Positions 20,901 through 30,033 of a stretch of DNA of 64,000 nt are shown in pieces. The notes beneath the pieces were generated by a model, which worked only from the letters and a program-made list of their open reading frames with translations, had not been told where the DNA came from and searched no databases. Position numbers and translations under genes: made by a program. Source of the DNA: an uncultured cyanobacterium (lineage in GTDB: Bacteria > Cyanobacteriota > Cyanobacteriia > PCC-6307 > Cyanobiaceae); contig CAVONQ010000010.1 of NCBI GenBank assembly GCA_963697335.1, positions 1 through 64,000 of the forward strand. The letters run 5' to 3'. Numbering within the stretch: the first letter of the stretch is position 1; each line of letters starts with the position of its first letter.

Positions 20901-21778
20901 GTCCACAAGGGGCACCAGCCCAGGCTCCCGCCAACCAGGCCGCCCGCTGCCCCGTTGCGGGCGGCCTGGTTGGCGGATGGAGAGCCGGACGCATCTCCGT
21001 CATGGCATCGCCGAAATGCTGCGCCAAGGGGGTTGACGATCTATACGAGCATCACCAAGGGATTCGTCGCCGAGATGCGCCGCATCGGCGTCACACCTCA
21101 CGTGGCTCAGAACACCGCCCGCTCTGGTGGTTCCGCCATCGATGGCCGCACCACCCGCCACGAGGGCTACGCCAAGTCGATCAATGCCCGCCGCGGCATC
21201 GAGAAGGTGTTTGGCTGGATCAAACAGTGGGGCGGCCTGCGCCAGTTCAAGGTGCGCGGCACCGAGAAGGTGAGTGCGGTGTTTGGCCTGCACGTGATCG
21301 CCTACAACCTGATCCGCCTGGGCAACCTGCTCAAACCGGCGATGGCGACGGCATGAACAGGTGGTTGCCCAGAGGTGTGGCCAGGTGGCCGCGATCAGGG
21401 AGCCCAAAAGGGGCAAAACACGCCAAAATCGGGAGTTCTGAGCCGCTGAAACGCTGAAAACCAGCCCGAAAGGAGCTGCATCAGCTCTCAGGAGGGGAAA
21501 ACGCGGCTTCTCAGGCTGGTTTTTCCGCAAACTCCTAGAGGCTCCCAGGGAATGATGCTGGCAAGCGTAACCCAGCGATTGTTCGGATCGAGCATGCCCC
21601 CAAGGGGGGCATGAAAGTCACCTCTCCTCAATGGATAGCTGACCGTTGTGCTGAAAAACGTACATTTTCAGGTCAGCAAATTCTTCTAGCCCACTAATGG
21701 CTGATCTGCTCTCATTCTAGCGTGAGACCCTGACTGGAATCCACTGCGCCGCAGGTGATCTAGGTTCCACAGCAAGCT

Positions 21779-22303
21779 CTATTTATCGCTGCCAAGCGGA
21801 AGAGAGCTGATTGTGGCGCAGTAAGTGTCTGCAACTGCCTGAGCTGTCGGGTCCTGAGAGGTTGGCATCCATCCTTTCCTCCGAAGACCCGCACTTCGGC
21901 GATCGCCTTTTCTGTCAAAAGTCATGTCTCTGCAGTCAAGCAAATACTCAAACCAGCCTGCTTGCTCGCCACCAGGAGATCCCGGGGAGTAACTAGGCGC
22001 TACGTATCCAATGCGATTGCAACTGGTGTATGATCCAATGGTGCTGCAACTAACATAGCCGGGATTGCCCGGGTTATAGTTGCCAGAGGAGCCGGAGTAG
22101 GAGTTTGTGCTCCTCCCTCTGAAGCTGATATATCTGCCGTATTTTCCCCTTACTCTTGCCTGGGCAATCGAGCCCTTGTCGTAGCTGAATTGAGGAGGGG
22201 CCTGAACTGGAACCTCTTGGGCGTAGCCGACCTCCGAGCCAACCAAGGAACTGAAAACGAAGGCCAGGCTCACGAGCCGGCGTAAAGGCGACTGGATTGG
22301 CAT
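21779..22303 (-). CDS. Hypothetical secreted protein, lower GC
   Basis: Signal-peptide-like start MPIQSPLRRLVSLAFVF...YAQ, Gly/Ser/Tyr-rich with Cys pairs. Confidence 0.55.
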   Translation of the reverse strand: MPIQSPLRRLVSLAFVFSSLVGSEVGYAQEVPVQAPPQFSYDKGSIAQARVRGKYGRYISFRGRSTNSYSGSSGNYNPGNPGYVSCSTIGSYTSCNRIGYVAPSYSPGSPGGEQAGWFEYLLDCRDMTFDRKGDRRSAGLRRKGWMPTSQDPTAQAVADTYCATISSLPLGSDK

Positions 22304-22373
22304 GGGGAAAGTCTCGACCACACACACGACAACATAGTCGTAGCCTCGGAGGCGTACCGGTTCCGGCTTCGTA

Positions 22374-22844
22374 AGAGTCCGCTCGAAAACCCGGCCATCT
22401 CTGCGAAAATGGGCCAACTGCCCAGCCCAGATGCGAGGTCACCGGGAGCGCAGCGGCTCCCTGTTCTCCTACGTGTCGATCGAGGAGCGGATCCCGGCCA
22501 GTCATCCGCTGCGGCGGATTCGGAAACTGGCGGATCAGGCTCTCGATCGACTCAATCCCACCTTCTGTGAGCTCTACGCCGCAGAGGGCCGTCCCTCAGT
22601 GCCGCCAGAGCAGCTGCTGCTGGCCTCGTTGCTGCAGGCGTTCTACGGGATCCGCTCGGAGCGGTTGCTGCTGGAGCAGCTCCACTACAACCTGCTGTTC
22701 CGCTGGTTTGTGGGCCTGAGCCCGGATGATCCGATCTGGCACCCCACCACATTCACCAGGAACAGGGAGCGCCTTCTCAATGACGACGTCATGGGGCGCT
22801 TCCTGGAGAAGCTGATGGGTGCTCCGGAGGTCAAGCCGCTGCTC
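22374..22844 (+). mobile_element. Second, 3'-truncated copy of the IS5 element
   Basis: Near-identical to 18713-19183 including MRGHRERSG...; identity stops after ccgctgctc; degenerate left TIR. Confidence 0.88.
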
Positions 22845-23019
22845 GCCACCTGCTAACCGGGTGATCCTGGGCATGCCATCTGGGTGAGCGATGGACGGCG
22901 GGCAGAGCTGATCGTTGCAGGATCCAGAGACCGGCTGGACGCTCCGCTTCCGCTGGTTCACGGACGGCAACTGGCTTCACCGACTGGAGGTCATCCGGGG
23001 CCGGGCGATGGGGTGATGG

Positions 23020-23196
23020 TCAATCACTGGTCAGATCCTGCAACGCATTCGCCAGGTCCTCGGGAAGGTTGCCGTCGAGCCCAAGCTCCCTGCAGGCTTC
23101 GGGATCGCGTAACAGAGGCGCCAGGCCTGCCTTCATGGCGCGGTCGATCGTTTCGTCTGCGATCAGTTCCCAGCGCTTGCGGGCGATGTCATCCAT
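23020..23196 (-). CDS. Small hypothetical protein (58 aa)
   Basis: ORF read by hand: MDDIARKRWELIADETIDRAMKAGLAPLLRDPEACRELGLDGNLPEDLANALQDLTSD. Confidence 0.35.
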   Translation of the reverse strand: MDDIARKRWELIADETIDRAMKAGLAPLLRDPEACRELGLDGNLPEDLANALQDLTSD

Positions 23197-24019
23197 GGGC
23201 CAGGTGGGCGATCACGTCGAGGTGCAGCCGTCACCAGGCCGTCGGCAAAGGCACGAGACCAGCTTAAGGGTGGAGTGATGACCTCAAAAGGGATCGACAG
23301 GCGGCAGTGTGTTGCAATTTTCGGGGGTCGGGACACCAAGTGCATTGGTTGACCATTGGGTCCCTCTCCCACTACATATCCAACGGGCGCACTTGTAGTA
23401 GCTCATGTCAGGTGAGAGAGTTTCTGTGTACTTCCTATTCTGCAGTATGAGCAAAGGCGATGCTGCCGGTTCCGCACAAGCTATGTGCCAAGCCCCAAGC
23501 CTATTTTTGCCGGCCTTGCAATGTTGAAGGTCTGCCACGTCCTTATCCTCCTGAGTAATAGTGCTGTCTACCTAAAAATAAGTAACTGGCGCTGATGTGC
23601 CAGCATATCTTCATACTTTTTTGCAATACAGTCATTCTTTGCGGCGCCGCCTTTACCACCCGGCTTAGCGGTTGAGGCAATCACGGTCCAGGGGCAGGCT
23701 CACCAGGCCATGGGCAGCGCCACCAGCAGGTCAGCTCGGCGCCCCCCATGGCTCAGGCATCGGGGCAAAACCAGATCGCTGACCAGCTTCTGTGGTTGCC
23801 GCACCGGCAATACCGTCAACTCAGGCATGGGGTGAGTCTGGGGCGCAGGTGGTGCATCAGGTGCAGGCTCAAGTATCACCCGCTCGGGTGAACCAGGATT
23901 CTCGGATTGGTTGATCGCCACCGGAGCCGTGCGGGCGCCGTGTGTGGCGGCAGCGATCGGTATGGCGGGCTGGGGCGGTGCCTGCGTGGCAGAGGCTCGG
24001 GGGCAGGGTGAGCAGCGGC

Positions 24020-24199
24020 TCAACTAAGCCGGTCGCAATCCGCGTGAGCTGCATGCAGCTCCTCGAGCGGGCATCGGATCAGCCAGGCCAGATCCTCAAG
24101 GCCGAGCAAGGGTGCCGTGGTGGACCTGATCTCGGTGACCGTGACTGGGTGGCCCAGGGAGGAGCCACCGCGCTCGACGTGAACCAGATACTCGGCCAT
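24020..24199 (-). CDS. Small hypothetical protein (59 aa) downstream of hairpin repeat A
   Basis: MAEYLVHVERGGSSLGHPVTV...; ATG lies 43 nt from the GCAAGGG arm, similar to cassettes B and D. Confidence 0.45.
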   Translation of the reverse strand: MAEYLVHVERGGSSLGHPVTVTEIRSTTAPLLGLEDLAWLIRCPLEELHAAHADCDRLS

Positions 24200-24230
24200 G
24201 GGTGAGGCGCGCGAAGGACGCGAACGAGCA

Positions 24231-24304
24231 GCGCGGGGAGGGCAAGGGGCGGAGAGCGCAGCGAGCCGCCTTGCGCAGCCCTTGCCCCGCCGCGCACCGT
24301 GAAG
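24231..24304 (-). repeat. Hairpin repeat A (GCAAGGG...CCCTTGC), single-stranded-promoter-like
   Basis: gcgcgg..gcaaggg gcgg-agagcgcagcgag-ccgc cttgcgcag cccttgc..ccgcgc..tgaag. Confidence 0.75.
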
Positions 24305-24383
24305 CGGGCCGCCGCCGCCTCCTGTTGCCTTGATCCGAAGGCCTTCGCTCGAAAGCCGGGGCGCCAGGCCCCGGCGCCGCTGC

Positions 24384-24773
24384 TCAGGCCGCCACCACGG
24401 CCGCGCTCGGCAGGGCCACCCCGAAGCGCCAGAGCACGGAGCGGGCGTGCTCGGCCTGCTGCTCGCTGAGGGCCTGCCAGCCGCCGCTGACGGGATCGGG
24501 GCAGATGCCTGCCGCCCGGCCGTGGATCAGCGAACCGCCGAGCAGCGGCCAGTGGAAGCTCGGCTGGCAGTGCTGCTCAGCCCAGAGCCCGCCGTGGGCC
24601 AGCCAGATCGGGCCGACACGGCTGGCGGTGACGGCATCGACCGGGCAGCCGCAGAACCAGGCGAGCACGTGGGCGGGGAGCTCGCTGGTGGGCACCACCA
24701 GCACCTGGAAGCGGGTGTGCGGCATGCCGCGTGAATCGCTGGTGCGGCTGAGCAGAAGCGTGTGTGGAGCCAT
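24384..24773 (-). CDS. Hypothetical protein downstream of hairpin repeat B
   Basis: ORF from ATG 24773 (MAPHTLLL...), 42 nt from the GCAAGGG arm. Confidence 0.55.
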   Translation of the reverse strand: MAPHTLLLSRTSDSRGMPHTRFQVLVVPTSELPAHVLAWFCGCPVDAVTASRVGPIWLAHGGLWAEQHCQPSFHWPLLGGSLIHGRAAGICPDPVSGGWQALSEQQAEHARSVLWRFGVALPSAAVVAA

Positions 24774-24803
24774 GGCGAAAACGCCGGAGGACTTCACGGA
24801 TCA

Positions 24804-24877
24804 CCACGGCGAGGGCAAGGGCCGCTGAGCGCAGCGAGGCGGCCTGCACCGCCCTTGCGCCGCCGTGGACCGTGAAG
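24804..24877 (-). repeat. Hairpin repeat B
   Basis: ccacggcg..gcaaggg ccgc-tgagcgcagcgag-gcgg..cccttgc..cgccgtgg..tgaag. Confidence 0.75.
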
Positions 24878-25002
24878 AAGGCCGCCGCCCTCTCCATCGC
24901 GACCGGCCGTTTTTCTCACCCTGTTTGGCAGTTGCTGGCGTTGCCGCTGAGCTGCTGGCAATAGGTGGTGACGTGACTGGGGGGTTCGCCCCGGGAGTGA
25001 CC

Positions 25003-25902
25003 ATGGGCCTGACCTTGATCGAGGCGATGAAGCACGAGACGCGGGTCGATCGGCTCGCTGTCACCAAGACCTTCGCCGAAGGTGAGCTTCTGCGCCGTTT
25101 GACGTTCCGCAATCTCTCTGGCGGTGCTCTCAAGTTCGCCAAGGAGGTGAAGATGCCTCGGGTGGGCTTTCGTGCGGTGAACGAGGGCTACCGGCGCAGC
25201 TACGGCGCCATCGCCAACGACACCGAGTTTGTGCACCTGTTCGGCGGCGATCTCGATGTGGACCGCTCGATCGTGGACCTGAACGGCCCGGAGGCTCGTG
25301 CCAGCCAGACGGAGCAGAAGGTGCGTTCGATGCGCCTCACCTTGGAGGCGGCGATCATCAACGGTGACGACACTTTCGACCCTCGGGCGTTCAACGGCCT
25401 CAGCAAGCGCCTGGTGCCGGCTGGGCCTCGGACGATTGACAACGAGGGCGGCACCGTGAAGCTCACCAAGCTCGAGGAGCTGGTGGACTCGGTGAACGCC
25501 AACGGCGGTGAGAAGGTGCTGATCACCAGCAAGGCTGGCCGGCGCCAGATCAGCCACGCCAGCCGTGAGGCCGGTGGCGATCTGTATCAGGTCATGGACG
25601 GCCGCCACTACTTCGAGGACAGCGAGATCCTGGTGGTGGATGAGGATGCCAACGGTCATCCGGTGCTGGGCTTCGGAGAGGCCGGCAGCACCACCAGTTT
25701 TTACTGCTGCGCCTTCGGCGATGAGCTCGTGACCGGCCTGCAGGGTCCCTTTGAGGGGCGCTACGGCATCTCTGTACGGGATTTCGGCGAAGTGTCTGAC
25801 GCCCCGGTGTTCCGCACCCGTGTGGATTGGTACGTCGGCTTTGCTGTGTGCCACGACCGAGCCGCAGCGCGGCTGTTCAACATTGGCCCGGCCGTGAGCT
25901 GA
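25003..25902 (+). CDS. Phage-type major capsid protein (HK97 fold predicted)
   Basis: MGLTLIEAMK, P.VGFRAVNEGY, FGGDLDVDR, INGD....AFNGLSKRL, RTRVDWYVG.....AAARL motifs typical of this capsid family. Confidence 0.82.
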   Translation: MGLTLIEAMKHETRVDRLAVTKTFAEGELLRRLTFRNLSGGALKFAKEVKMPRVGFRAVNEGYRRSYGAIANDTEFVHLFGGDLDVDRSIVDLNGPEARASQTEQKVRSMRLTLEAAIINGDDTFDPRAFNGLSKRLVPAGPRTIDNEGGTVKLTKLEELVDSVNANGGEKVLITSKAGRRQISHASREAGGDLYQVMDGRHYFEDSEILVVDEDANGHPVLGFGEAGSTTSFYCCAFGDELVTGLQGPFEGRYGISVRDFGEVSDAPVFRTRVDWYVGFAVCHDRAAARLFNIGPAVS

Positions 25903-25941
25903 GGCGGACTTTCTGATCACCATTCCTCTGAGGACACGACC

Positions 25942-26388
25942 ATGGCCAAACTTCTCGATGCCGCCACCACCCTGATGGGGTGGGTCAATTACTCCGCGAC
26001 TCCCCACGAGGAGGAGCGGGTGATTGCGCAGGCCACCACTGTGAAGCTCACGACTCCGCTTGACCTGGCGGACACCTTCACCTTCGTGGCCTCCCATCCC
26101 GGCCACGTTGCTGCTGTCACCTTCACCCTGCAGGTGGCTCCGGAACTGCTGGATGGAACGATGGGCACCTGGGTGCAGGCCGCCCAGGTGGCGGTTCCCG
26201 CCGGCGGCGGTCGCGTCGAAGCGCCGCTGAACGGCAGTCTGCTGAGCGTGGCGTCTGCTGATCTCAGTGACGTGGCTCCGGGCCACATGCTCTACGCCCG
26301 CGTCACCGCTACGGTCCCCGCCGCCCAGCCGGAGGATCCGCCTGTGGCCGCCAATCCTTCTGGCGCCTACGCCGGACTCACCTATTGA
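25942..26388 (+). CDS. Putative capsid decoration/cement protein
   Basis: 148 aa, beta-strand rich (VTFTLQVA, YARVTATV), directly after the capsid gene. Confidence 0.5.
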   Translation: MAKLLDAATTLMGWVNYSATPHEEERVIAQATTVKLTTPLDLADTFTFVASHPGHVAAVTFTLQVAPELLDGTMGTWVQAAQVAVPAGGGRVEAPLNGSLLSVASADLSDVAPGHMLYARVTATVPAAQPEDPPVAANPSGAYAGLTY

Positions 26389-26398
26389 GGCTGGCCCG

Positions 26399-26860
26399 AT
26401 GACAAGCGATCTGATGGTGCCCAGCGGGATGCTGCGAATCTCCAGGCAGGGTGAGGTGGACCGTGTGATCTACCCGGTGCACGCGGACGGCTGGCGTCAG
26501 CAGGGCTGGACGGTGCATCCGCCGGTGCTGGACTCAGAGGATGAGCAGGAGCCGCCGCAGCCGTTGGCAATGGATGGCACGCTGCTGTCTCAAGACGGCG
26601 CCGACCTGGGGGGCGAGGGGGAGGCCGAGCCGCCTTTCCCCGAGCCGATCGACCTTGAGCGCCTGACCAAGGCGCAGATCGAGCAGGTGATGCTTGATCG
26701 CTACGGCGTGAACCTGGACACCAGCCACACCCGCGCTCAGCTGATCGCCGCGGCCCAGGCGGTGATCTCTGCTGCACCTGCTGCTGAGGCGGACCCCCAG
26801 GAAGAGCCCGAGGCCCGCGACGGCGAGGTGGGCGCCGTGGTGCCCCAGCTGCTGATCTGA
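26399..26860 (+). CDS. Acidic head-associated protein with HeH/Rho-N-like helix-extension-helix motif
   Basis: IDLERLTKAQIEQVMLDRYGVNLDTSHTRAQLIAAA; such genes commonly follow capsid genes. Confidence 0.55.
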   Translation: MTSDLMVPSGMLRISRQGEVDRVIYPVHADGWRQQGWTVHPPVLDSEDEQEPPQPLAMDGTLLSQDGADLGGEGEAEPPFPEPIDLERLTKAQIEQVMLDRYGVNLDTSHTRAQLIAAAQAVISAAPAAEADPQEEPEARDGEVGAVVPQLLI

Positions 26861-26884
26861 GCGCCCCCTTCAGGTGCAGAGCCC

Positions 26885-26916
26885 GCCGGCCGAGGACCCT
26901 TGGGTTCTTGGCCGGC
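26885..26916 (+). terminator. GC-rich hairpin between head genes and fibre genes
   Basis: gccggccgaggacc-cttg-ggttcttggccggc followed by attt. Confidence 0.5.
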
Positions 26917-26964
26917 ATTTCTGCATGGCTGCTGGCAAAGGGGAGTAGCCCTCCCGCGTGAGTG

Positions 26965-27759
26965 ATGCCCTACCCGCTTCCCTCCTCGCCGGCGCAGAAC
27001 GGAGATCGAGTGCGGCTTCTGCCGCCCGTTGGCTGCCCTGGCGGCGAGGAGTGGGTGGTGCCCCACCAGGCGCGGCGCTGGCTGGAGCTGGGCTTTCGCC
27101 TTGGCCCGGTGCCTGCGGCATCGCTGGAGCTGTTCTGGATGCCCTCGCCCAGGCGCTGGAACGAGGACGCGGCCACCGCGGCCATTGAGCTGAGCGTGGA
27201 TCCCCGCGGCGTGCCGATGCAGGACCTGACGGTGCTCTGGGGTGACGGCACCACCGAGTTGGTGCCCTGGAGCGTTGGCCGGCCCGACATCCCAAAGCTG
27301 CGGCACGTCTACCAGGAGCGCCAGGACCTGACCGTGTCGGTGACGATGGGCCTCAACCTGGCCCAGCTGGAGGTGGCACTGCTGGGCTGCCCGCTGCCGC
27401 CGAGCCTGATGCTGGGCACCAGGCCCCCTGGCGCCGGCGGCGTGACGGGCCTGGCCGGCGTGGAGCCGCTGGTGCCTGGCGATGGCCTCGAGGGCCAGGC
27501 CTACAACGGCACCGCCACGGAGGTGTGGCGATTGCGGTTGCACCCGCAGGGCGGACTGGGGCTGCTGCCGAGCCCCATCGATGGCAAGCCGGCGCTGTCG
27601 GTGATGTTCGGCTCCGGTTCGGCCAGCCGCGGCACCCGTTGGTACGGCGCCGAAGGACCGCCGACGCCGGAGTGGATGGAGCTGGTGCAGCCACCCCCGG
27701 CGCCGGGTGATTTCTACCTCGATCGGGTGTCGGGCCTGGTCTACGAGCTGGTGGCCTGA
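26965..27759 (+). CDS. PKD-like domain protein ending in a fibre-junction motif (putative fibre adaptor)
   Basis: LTVLWGDGTTE..RHVYQ (PKD-like); C-terminal RGTRWYGAEGPP...GDFYLDRVSGLVYEL. Confidence 0.55.
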   Translation: MPYPLPSSPAQNGDRVRLLPPVGCPGGEEWVVPHQARRWLELGFRLGPVPAASLELFWMPSPRRWNEDAATAAIELSVDPRGVPMQDLTVLWGDGTTELVPWSVGRPDIPKLRHVYQERQDLTVSVTMGLNLAQLEVALLGCPLPPSLMLGTRPPGAGGVTGLAGVEPLVPGDGLEGQAYNGTATEVWRLRLHPQGGLGLLPSPIDGKPALSVMFGSGSASRGTRWYGAEGPPTPEWMELVQPPPAPGDFYLDRVSGLVYELVA

Positions 27760-27761
27760 CG

Positions 27762-28745
27762 ATGGCCTGGGCCAACACGGGCGATTCGCTGCTGGGCCCC
27801 CCGGGGCAGCCGGGACCAGCAGGCCCCCAGGGCGATCCTGGCCCTCAAGGTCCAGCGGGGCCAGAAGGCCCACCGGGGCCGTTGGCCGGCACGCCGGTGG
27901 AGGCACCCTGGGTCGACCTCGAGGAGGAGGACGAGGAGGCCCCTGTACCCCCGCCGCGTCGACTGCGCACCTTCACGCGGCTCCGAGCTGGCCGTGTGAT
28001 GTTGATTCAGCGGGGCCCCAATGGGTCGCGCACGGCCCTGCAACCGGCCCTGTTCGACAACTTTGTGTGGAGGGTCTTTCCCAGTGCGACCTCGACGATT
28101 TCATCTGTAGGTGGCAACCACACGACCTTGGGCACGATTAGCCACCCGTTGCCGGATCCCAACTACGGCTGGATGACTAACGTGCAGACGATCAGTCAAG
28201 TTGGCTTCGCTGCTGGCACCAGAAATCGTGATGAGCTGTGGCGCCGGGGTGATGGCACCGGCTACGGCGGCTTCTTCTTTTCCGCTCGCGTTGCGTTTCC
28301 TGACAGTACCTACGACTCCGATGGCGGCGGCACGGGCACGCGCATCTTCATCGGCTTCACGAACCAGACATTTAACACTACTGCCGCTTCCGATGAGCCC
28401 CCGGGTCACTTCTGTGGCTTCTTTCGGCGTGCCACTGAAGGCGGTGCTACTGATCAGAACTGGCAGTTCGCCACGAAGAACGGCAGCACCATGACGCTGG
28501 AGAATACGGGCCTGGCTTTTACTCCCCAGCGGGCTCTCGACTTTCAGATCTACGTGCCGCCCCATGGTGATGAGATCGGCTGGGCAATCCAGGACTTGAC
28601 GACGGGCAACCGCTTCAAGGGCAGCCAGACGCAGACACTTCCAGGGCCGACAGTCCAACTGTTTGCCGGTATCCAGCTCAGAACGTCGGACGCGAGGATC
28701 CGCAACATCCGCTTTCAGGGTTTGTACTGCGAGAGCGACCGCTGA
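27762..28745 (+). CDS. Collagen-like fibre protein with beta-rich (lectin-like) C-terminal tip
   Basis: (G-X-Y)n N-terminus [29 protein letters not shown]; Thr/Gly/Phe-rich C-domain. Confidence 0.7.
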   Translation: MAWANTGDSLLGPPGQPGPAGPQGDPGPQGPAGPEGPPGPLAGTPVEAPWVDLEEEDEEAPVPPPRRLRTFTRLRAGRVMLIQRGPNGSRTALQPALFDNFVWRVFPSATSTISSVGGNHTTLGTISHPLPDPNYGWMTNVQTISQVGFAAGTRNRDELWRRGDGTGYGGFFFSARVAFPDSTYDSDGGGTGTRIFIGFTNQTFNTTAASDEPPGHFCGFFRRATEGGATDQNWQFATKNGSTMTLENTGLAFTPQRALDFQIYVPPHGDEIGWAIQDLTTGNRFKGSQTQTLPGPTVQLFAGIQLRTSDARIRNIRFQGLYCESDR

Positions 28746-28785
28746 CGGTGGCGCCTGGCAATAGAAGGCAGATCGGCGTTGCCTG

Positions 28786-30030
28786 ATGGCCTGGACAAAC
28801 ACCGGCTCGATTCGTGGACCCCAAGGTGTGCCTGGTCCCAGCGGCTCAGCGGGGCCTGCGGGCAGCCCTGGCCCCGAGGGCCCTGCTGGCCCCCAGGGCG
28901 TAGCGGGAGCACCAGGGGAAGCTGGCGCGGCCGGGAGCATCGGACCGGCGGGGCCTGCAGGGCCGACTGGGCCAGCCGGCGAGACTGGCCCGCAGGGCCC
29001 TGCCGGCACGGGCATCAACCTGAAGGGCTCGGTGGCGACCTTCTCGGCCCTGCCGACCAGTGGGCAGCAGCAGGGCGATGCCTATGTGGTGCAGGACGAA
29101 GGCGAGACGCTCTACGTCTGGGACGCCGCGACCACTGACTGGATCAACGCCGGCGAGATCCGGGGACCAGCGGGCGCAGCCGGTGCAGCGGGTCCTGCAG
29201 GTCCTGCTGGGCCAGCAGGGCCCCAGGGCGATCCCGGCGCGACAGGCCCAACCGGTCCCCAGGGCCTCCAGGGCGCGGCCGGGCCAGCGGGGAGCATCGG
29301 GCCGGCCGGTCCGCGCGGCACCGGCTGGTTTGTGGGCAGCGGGCCGCCGCCTGCTTCCATCCCTGGCGCGGTCAGCGGTGACCTCTACCTCGATTCGAGC
29401 AGCGGCGCTGTGTACCAGCTGCAGGGGTTTGCAGTGGGCGACCTGCCGGCGATTGGCGCGAGCTTCCAGGGCGGCTTCTACGCCGGGTTGATCTCGGCCA
29501 CAGCGGATGGAGCGCCGACCCATGCGCTGGTGATTGCGCCGGTGTCCACGGGTCAAACCAGCCTGGCCAGCAAGACAACCAACACAAGCACGCCCGGTAC
29601 TGACAGTGTCTTTGATGGCCTGGCTAACAGCGAGAGCATGAACAATGCCCTGCACCCTGCGGCGCAATGGGCCCGTGCGCTGACAATCGGTGGCTTCACT
29701 GATTGGTATGTTCCTGCTCGCGATGAGCTGGAGATCATCTATCGGCGCTTCAAGCCAAGCAACCCCCCAGCGAATGTGACTAATGCTGGAGCCAATGCCT
29801 ATGCAGTACCGCCAACCAGCAACTACACATTCTCAGTTCCAGCTGCCACGGCTGTTGCTGACTATCAGCCTGGCCAGGCTCAGGCTTTCCCTGCCACCTT
29901 CCTCCTTACTTCGACTGAGTTTGCGGCCGGCGCGATGTTTGTGAAGTCCTTCTCGGATGGCAGCTCGACGCAATCCAACAAGAACAATCCGCTGACCGTG
30001 CGGGCGATCCGCAAGGTCCTGGTGTTCTGA
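28786..30030 (+). CDS. Collagen-like fibre protein with DUF1566/C-type-lectin-like C-terminal domain
   Basis: Two collagen tracts; [46 protein letters not shown]. Confidence 0.75.
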   Translation: MAWTNTGSIRGPQGVPGPSGSAGPAGSPGPEGPAGPQGVAGAPGEAGAAGSIGPAGPAGPTGPAGETGPQGPAGTGINLKGSVATFSALPTSGQQQGDAYVVQDEGETLYVWDAATTDWINAGEIRGPAGAAGAAGPAGPAGPAGPQGDPGATGPTGPQGLQGAAGPAGSIGPAGPRGTGWFVGSGPPPASIPGAVSGDLYLDSSSGAVYQLQGFAVGDLPAIGASFQGGFYAGLISATADGAPTHALVIAPVSTGQTSLASKTTNTSTPGTDSVFDGLANSESMNNALHPAAQWARALTIGGFTDWYVPARDELEIIYRRFKPSNPPANVTNAGANAYAVPPTSNYTFSVPAATAVADYQPGQAQAFPATFLLTSTEFAAGAMFVKSFSDGSSTQSNKNNPLTVRAIRKVLVF

Positions 30031-30033
30031 GCC

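Larger units (their letters stand above)
19602..21053 (+). mobile_element. Complete IS110-family element inserted without target duplication
   Basis: Removing 19602-21053 restores the IS5 reading frame; end ttgacgatctatacgagcatc. Confidence 0.9.
18770..21356 (+). pseudogene. IS5 transposase split by IS110 at GADKNYD|TKG, with an extra frameshift near 19552
   Basis: N-part MRGHRER...FSVDGTLL ends at gacaagaactacgac (19601); resumes at accaaggga (21054), TKGFVAEMR...IEKVFGWIK...YNLIRL. Confidence 0.88.
18713..21535 (+). mobile_element. IS5-family element with nested IS110
   Basis: TIRs ggagcttgctgaaaaacc / ggtttttccgcaaactcc with TA on both flanks. Confidence 0.88.

Noticed and set aside
26934..26990. 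ggcaaaggggagtagcc resembles the 5' strand of a yybP-ykoY manganese riboswitch
   Set aside because: The 3' elements (cgtca..acg and gagacc-ttgcc) are not present, and the downstream gene is not a transporter
29880..30030. Local diversity-generating retroelement
   Set aside because: No reverse transcriptase and no near-duplicate template repeat seen in the window
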